Origin: the human T2T-CHM13v2.0 reference genome, Homo sapiens
DNA: 64,000 bases
Assembly (NCBI RefSeq): GCF_009914755.1
Contig: NC_060930.1
Reading direction: 5' to 3' (one strand)
The translations under genes and the position numbers were made by a program. This document shows positions 59,562-64,000 of the stretch, piece after piece; within the stretch, counting starts at the first letter, position 1; every line of letters begins with the position of its first letter. The notes beneath the pieces are model-generated. The model was not told where the DNA came from, searched no databases, and saw only the letters and a program-made list of their open reading frames with translations.

Positions 59562-61146
59562 CTTTTTTTTTTAATTATACTTTAAGTTCTGGGGTACACG
59601 TGCAGGTTTTTTATATAGGTATACATGTGCCATGGTGGTTTGCTGCACCAATCAACCCGTCGTCTACATTAGGTATTTCTCCTAATGCTGTCCCTCCCGC
59701 AGCCCCCAACCCCACGACAGGCCCCAGTGTGTAATGTTCCCCTCCCTGTGTCCATGTGTTCTTATTGTTCAACTCCCACTTATGAGTGAGAACATGTGGT
59801 GTTTGGTTTTCTGTTCTTGTGTTAGTTTGCCGAGAATGATGGTTTCCAGCTTCATCCACGTCCCTGCAAAGGACATGAATTCATCCTTTTTTTATGGTTC
59901 CATAGTATTCCATGGTGTATATGTGCCACATTTTCTTTATCCAGTCTATCATTGATGGGCATTTGGGTTGGCTCCAAGTCTTTGCTATTGTGAGTAGTGC
60001 CGCAATAAACATATGTGTGCATGTGTCTTTATAGTCGAATGATTTATAATCCTTTGGGTATATACCCAGTAATGGGATTGCTGGGTCAAATGGTATTTCT
60101 AGTTCTAGATCCTTGAGGAATTGCCACACTGTCTTCCACAATGGTTGAACTAATTTACACTCCCACCAACAGTGTAAAAGCCTTCCTATTTCTCCACAAC
60201 TTCTCCAGCATCTGTTGTCTCCTGACTTTTTAATGATCGCCATTCTAAGTGGCATGAGATGATATCTCATTGTGGTTTTGGTTTGCATTTCTCTAATGAC
60301 CAGTGATGAGCATTTTTTCATGTTTGTTGGCTGCATAAATGTCTTCATTTGAGAAGGGTCTGTTCATATTTTTCACTCACTTTTTGATGGGGTTGTTTGT
60401 CTTTTTCTTGTAAATTTGTTTAAGTTCTTTGTAGATTCTGGATATTAGCCCTTTGTCAGATGGATAGATTGCAAAAATTTTCTCCCATTCTGTAGGTTGC
60501 TTGTTCACTCTGATGGTAGTTTCTTTTGCTGTGCAGAAGCTCTTTAGTTTAATTAGATCCCATCTGTCAATTTTGGCTTTTGTTGCCATTGCTTTTGGTG
60601 TTTTAGTCATGAAGTCCTTGCCCATCCCTATGTCCTGAATAGTATTGCCTAGGTTTTCTTCTAGGATTTTTATGGTTTTAGGTCTTACGTTTAAGTCTTT
60701 AATCCATCTTGAGTTAATTTTTGTACAAGGTATAAGGAAAGGATCCAGTTTCAGCTTTCTGCATATGGTTATCCAGTTTTCCCAACACCATTTATTAAAT
60801 AGGAAATCCTTTCCGCATTTCTTGGTTTTGTCAGGGTTGTTAAAGATCAGACTGTTGTAGATGTGTGGCATTACTTCTGAGGCCTCTGTTCTGTTCCCTT
60901 GGTCTATATATCTGTTTTTGCACCAGTACCATGCTGTTTTGGTTACTGTAGCCTTGTAGTATAGTTTGAAGTCAGGTAGTGTGATGCCTCCAGCTTTGTT
61001 CTTTTTGCTTAGGATTGTCTTGGCTATGTGGGCTCTTTTTTGGTTGCACAGGAAATTTAAAGTAGTTTTTTTCAATTCCGTGAAGAAAGTCAATGGTGGT
61101 TTGATGGGGATGGCATTGAATCTATAAATTACTTTGGGCAGTGTGA
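59562..61146 (-). mobile_element. 5'-truncated L1PA6/7-like LINE-1
   Basis: 238-aa and 155-aa ORF2 fragments; perfect 13-bp TSD gtggcctattctt at 59549 and 61150. Confidence 0.96.
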
Positions 61147-61605
61147 ACTGTGGCCTATTCTTACACTAGAATACCACTCAATCTAAGGGTACTAATTACA
61201 GATTCACACAACAAAAAGGATGAATCTTACATTCATTTTGCTACACAAAATGTAGCAAATCTTAAATACATTTTGCTACACAAAAAAAGCCAGACACTAA
61301 AGACCACATATTTTGTGATTCCATTTATATGAAATTCTAGAAATGGCAGAATCATGTGAGGGAAGCACAACAGTTGTTGCCTGGGGCTAGGGTATGAGTG
61401 GGAATTGACAGCAAAGGGGAAAGATGAACTTTTTGGGGTGACAGGAATGTTATGTCTTAATCGTGGTACTAGTTACAGGATTATGTATGTATGACAAAAT
61501 TCATAGAACTATACAATGCAAATGGTTGAGTTTCATTGGATGTAAATTATACCTAAATATACCTTTTTAATATTTAAACATAAGGGAAGTCCTATAAATG
61601 TATTT

Positions 61606-63352
61606 ATTTATTTATTTTTTATTATTATACTTTAAGTTCTAAGGTACATGTGCACAACGTGCAGGGTTGTTACATGTGTATACATGTGCCATGTTGGTGT
61701 GCTGCACCCATTAACTCGTCATTTACATTAGATATGTCTCCTAATGCTATCCCTCCCCCCTCCCCCCACCCCACGACAGGCCCAGGTGTGTGATGTTCCC
61801 CATCCTGTGTCCAAGTGTTCTCACTGTTCAATTCCCACCTATGAGTGAGAATATGCGGTGTTTGGTTTTCTATCCTTTTGATAGTTTGCTCAGAATGATG
61901 GTTTCCAGCTTCATCCATGTCCCTACAAAGGACATGAACTCATCCTTTTTTATGGCTGCGTAGTATTCCATGGTGTATATGTGCCACATTTTCTTAATCC
62001 AGTCTATCACTGATGGACATTTGGGTTGGTTCCAAGTCTTTGCTATTGTGAATAGTGCTGCAATAAACATACGTGTACACGTGTCTTTATAGCAGCATGA
62101 TTTATAATCCTTTGGGTATATGCCCAGTAGTGGGATTGCTGGGTCAAATGGTATTTCTAGTTCTAGATCCCTGAGGAATCACCACACTGTCTTCCACAAT
62201 GGTTGAACTAGTTTACAGTCCCACCAACAGTGTAAAAGCATTCCTATTTCTCCACATCCTCTCCAGCACCTGTTGTTTCCTGACTTTTTAATGATTGCCA
62301 TTCTAACTAGTGTGAGATGGTATCTCATTGTGGTTTTGATTTGCATTCTTCTGATGTCCAGTGATGATGAGCATTTTTTCATGTGTCTGTTGGCTGCATA
62401 AATGTCTTCTTTTGAGAAGTGTCTGTTCATATCCTTCGCCTACTTTTTGATGGGGTTGTTTGATATTTTCTTGTAAATTTGTTTAAGTTCTTTGTAGATT
62501 CTGGATATTAGCCCTTTGTCAGATGGGTAGATTGGAAAAATTTTCTCCCATTCTGTAGGTTGCATGTTCACTCTGATGGTAGTTTCTTTTGCTGTGCAGA
62601 AGCTCTTCAGTTTAATTAGATCCCATTTGTCAAGTTTGGCTTTTGTTGCCATTGCTTTTGATGTTTTAGTCATGAAGTCCTTGCCCATGCCTATGTCCTG
62701 AATGGTATTGCCTAGGTTTTCTTCTAGGGTTTTTATGGTTTTAGGTCTGACATTTAAGTCTTTAATCCATCTTGAATTAATTTTTGTGTAAGGTGTAAGG
62801 AAGGGATCCAGTTTCAGCTTTCTACATATGCCTAGCCAGTTTTCCCAGCACCATTTATTAAATAGGGAATCCTTTCCCCATTTCTTGTTTTTGTCAGGTT
62901 TGTCAAAGGTCAGATGGTTGTAGATGTGTGGTATTATTTCTGAGGGCTCTGTTCTGTTCCATTGGTCCATATATCTGTTTTTGTACCAGTACCATGCTGT
63001 TTTGGTTACTGTAGCCTTGTAGTATAGTTTGAAGTCAGGTAGTGTGATGCCTCCAGCTTTGTTGTTTTTGCTTAGGATTGTCTTGGCAATGTGGGCTCTT
63101 TTTTGGTTCCATATGAACTTTAAAGTAGTTTTTTCCAATTCTGTGAAGAAAGTCATTGGTTGCTTGATGGGGATGGCATTGAATCTATAAATTACCTTGG
63201 GCAGTGTGGCCATTTTCACGATATTGATTCTTCCTATCCATGAGCATGGAATGTTCTTCCATTTGTTTGTGTCCTCTTTTATTTCATTGAGCAGTGGTTT
63301 GTAATTCTCCTTGAAGAGGTCCTTCACATCACTTGTAAGTTTGATTCCTAGG
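61606..63352 (-). mobile_element. 5'-truncated L1PA4/5-like LINE-1
   Basis: 295-aa near-consensus ORF2 C-terminal fragment; TSD aatgtattt at 61597 and 63358. Confidence 0.96.
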
Positions 63353-63569
63353 AAATCAATGTATTTTTAAAAGATGGCAACAAGTGCATAAAAAGATACC
63401 ACTTACCACAATAACTGAACCTATCTTTCCTTTCCACCACACCAATACTAAAAGAAGAAACTTAGATTGGATTAAACGTTTAAGTAATTTTTCTTTTATT
63501 CATTGAACAATTATTTGTAACAGACTTTATTGAAAATTAATTGCTAACCAAGAAGGCAAGCCAGGACTT

Positions 63570-63973
63570 TGAGTCTGGGGCTTTTTTCTCAAGCAACCAT
63601 AACAAAATATCCCACACTGGCTGATTTACACAATAAAAATATATTTTTCACAGTTCTGAAAGATGGGAAGTCCAAGACCAAGAGACTGGTAAGTTAGAAT
63701 TCATTGCAAGTCCTCCTCTCTTGGTTTGTGGATGGCTGCCATCTTGCTTTGTGCTCATGTGACCTTTCCCTTATGCATCATGGAAAGAGTAAGTGGGGTC
63801 TCTGGTGTCTCTTCTTATAAGGACACTAACCCTATTGGATCAGGGCCCTACCATCATGACTGCATTTAATCTTAACTATATACTTAATGGCCTGATGTCA
63901 AATACAGCCACACTGGGGGTTTGGGCTTCAACATATAAATTTTGGGGAGGAAACAAACATTCAGTCCATAACA
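63570..63973 (-). mobile_element. MLT1A/B-like MaLR LTR
   Basis: cataacaaaatatcccacactgg...tcttcttataaggacactaa...aacattcagtccataaca. Confidence 0.82.
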
Positions 63974-64000
63974 GATGGGATATGGCAAAGGAAATGGGGG

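Noticed and set aside
62440-63327. 295-aa ORF (also 60377-61093, 59881-60348, 52939-53565, 39610-40158)
   Set aside because: All are LINE-1 ORF2 fragments in 5'-truncated, interrupted elements; not host genes and not retrotransposition-competent

Overview
Primate (human-like) genomic DNA, roughly half to two-thirds interspersed repeats by eye. It holds about 17 Alus, many LINE-1 pieces (L1PA, L1PB, L1M types), ERV1/ERVL/MaLR solo LTRs, L2/MIR relics, DNA transposons (MADE1, MER5A, Tigger2) and microsatellites. I see no convincing protein-coding gene: every long ORF I can place is an L1 ORF2 fragment or an Alu/L2/LTR read-through. I found no rRNA, tRNA or CRISPR array, and I cannot support a new biological system here. 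The best second-look items are: (i) splice/polyA architectures in unique DNA suggesting small unannotated transcripts (minus strand ~26.27-26.73 kb; plus strand ~31.4-32.2 kb; an ETS-rich promoter-like exon at ~11 kb); (ii) a cluster of short local templated duplications, inverted and direct, 1.2-2.1 kb apart, between 36.7 and 47.4 kb; (iii) unusual retrotransposition products: two Alus at one nick, an Alu with a 113-bp triplication, a tail-less Alu with a TSD, a 5'-inverted L1PB, an L1 with a probable target deletion and a three-LTR nest. Subfamily names are from memory of the consensus sequences, not from a RepeatMasker run. Boundaries of old elements are approximate.
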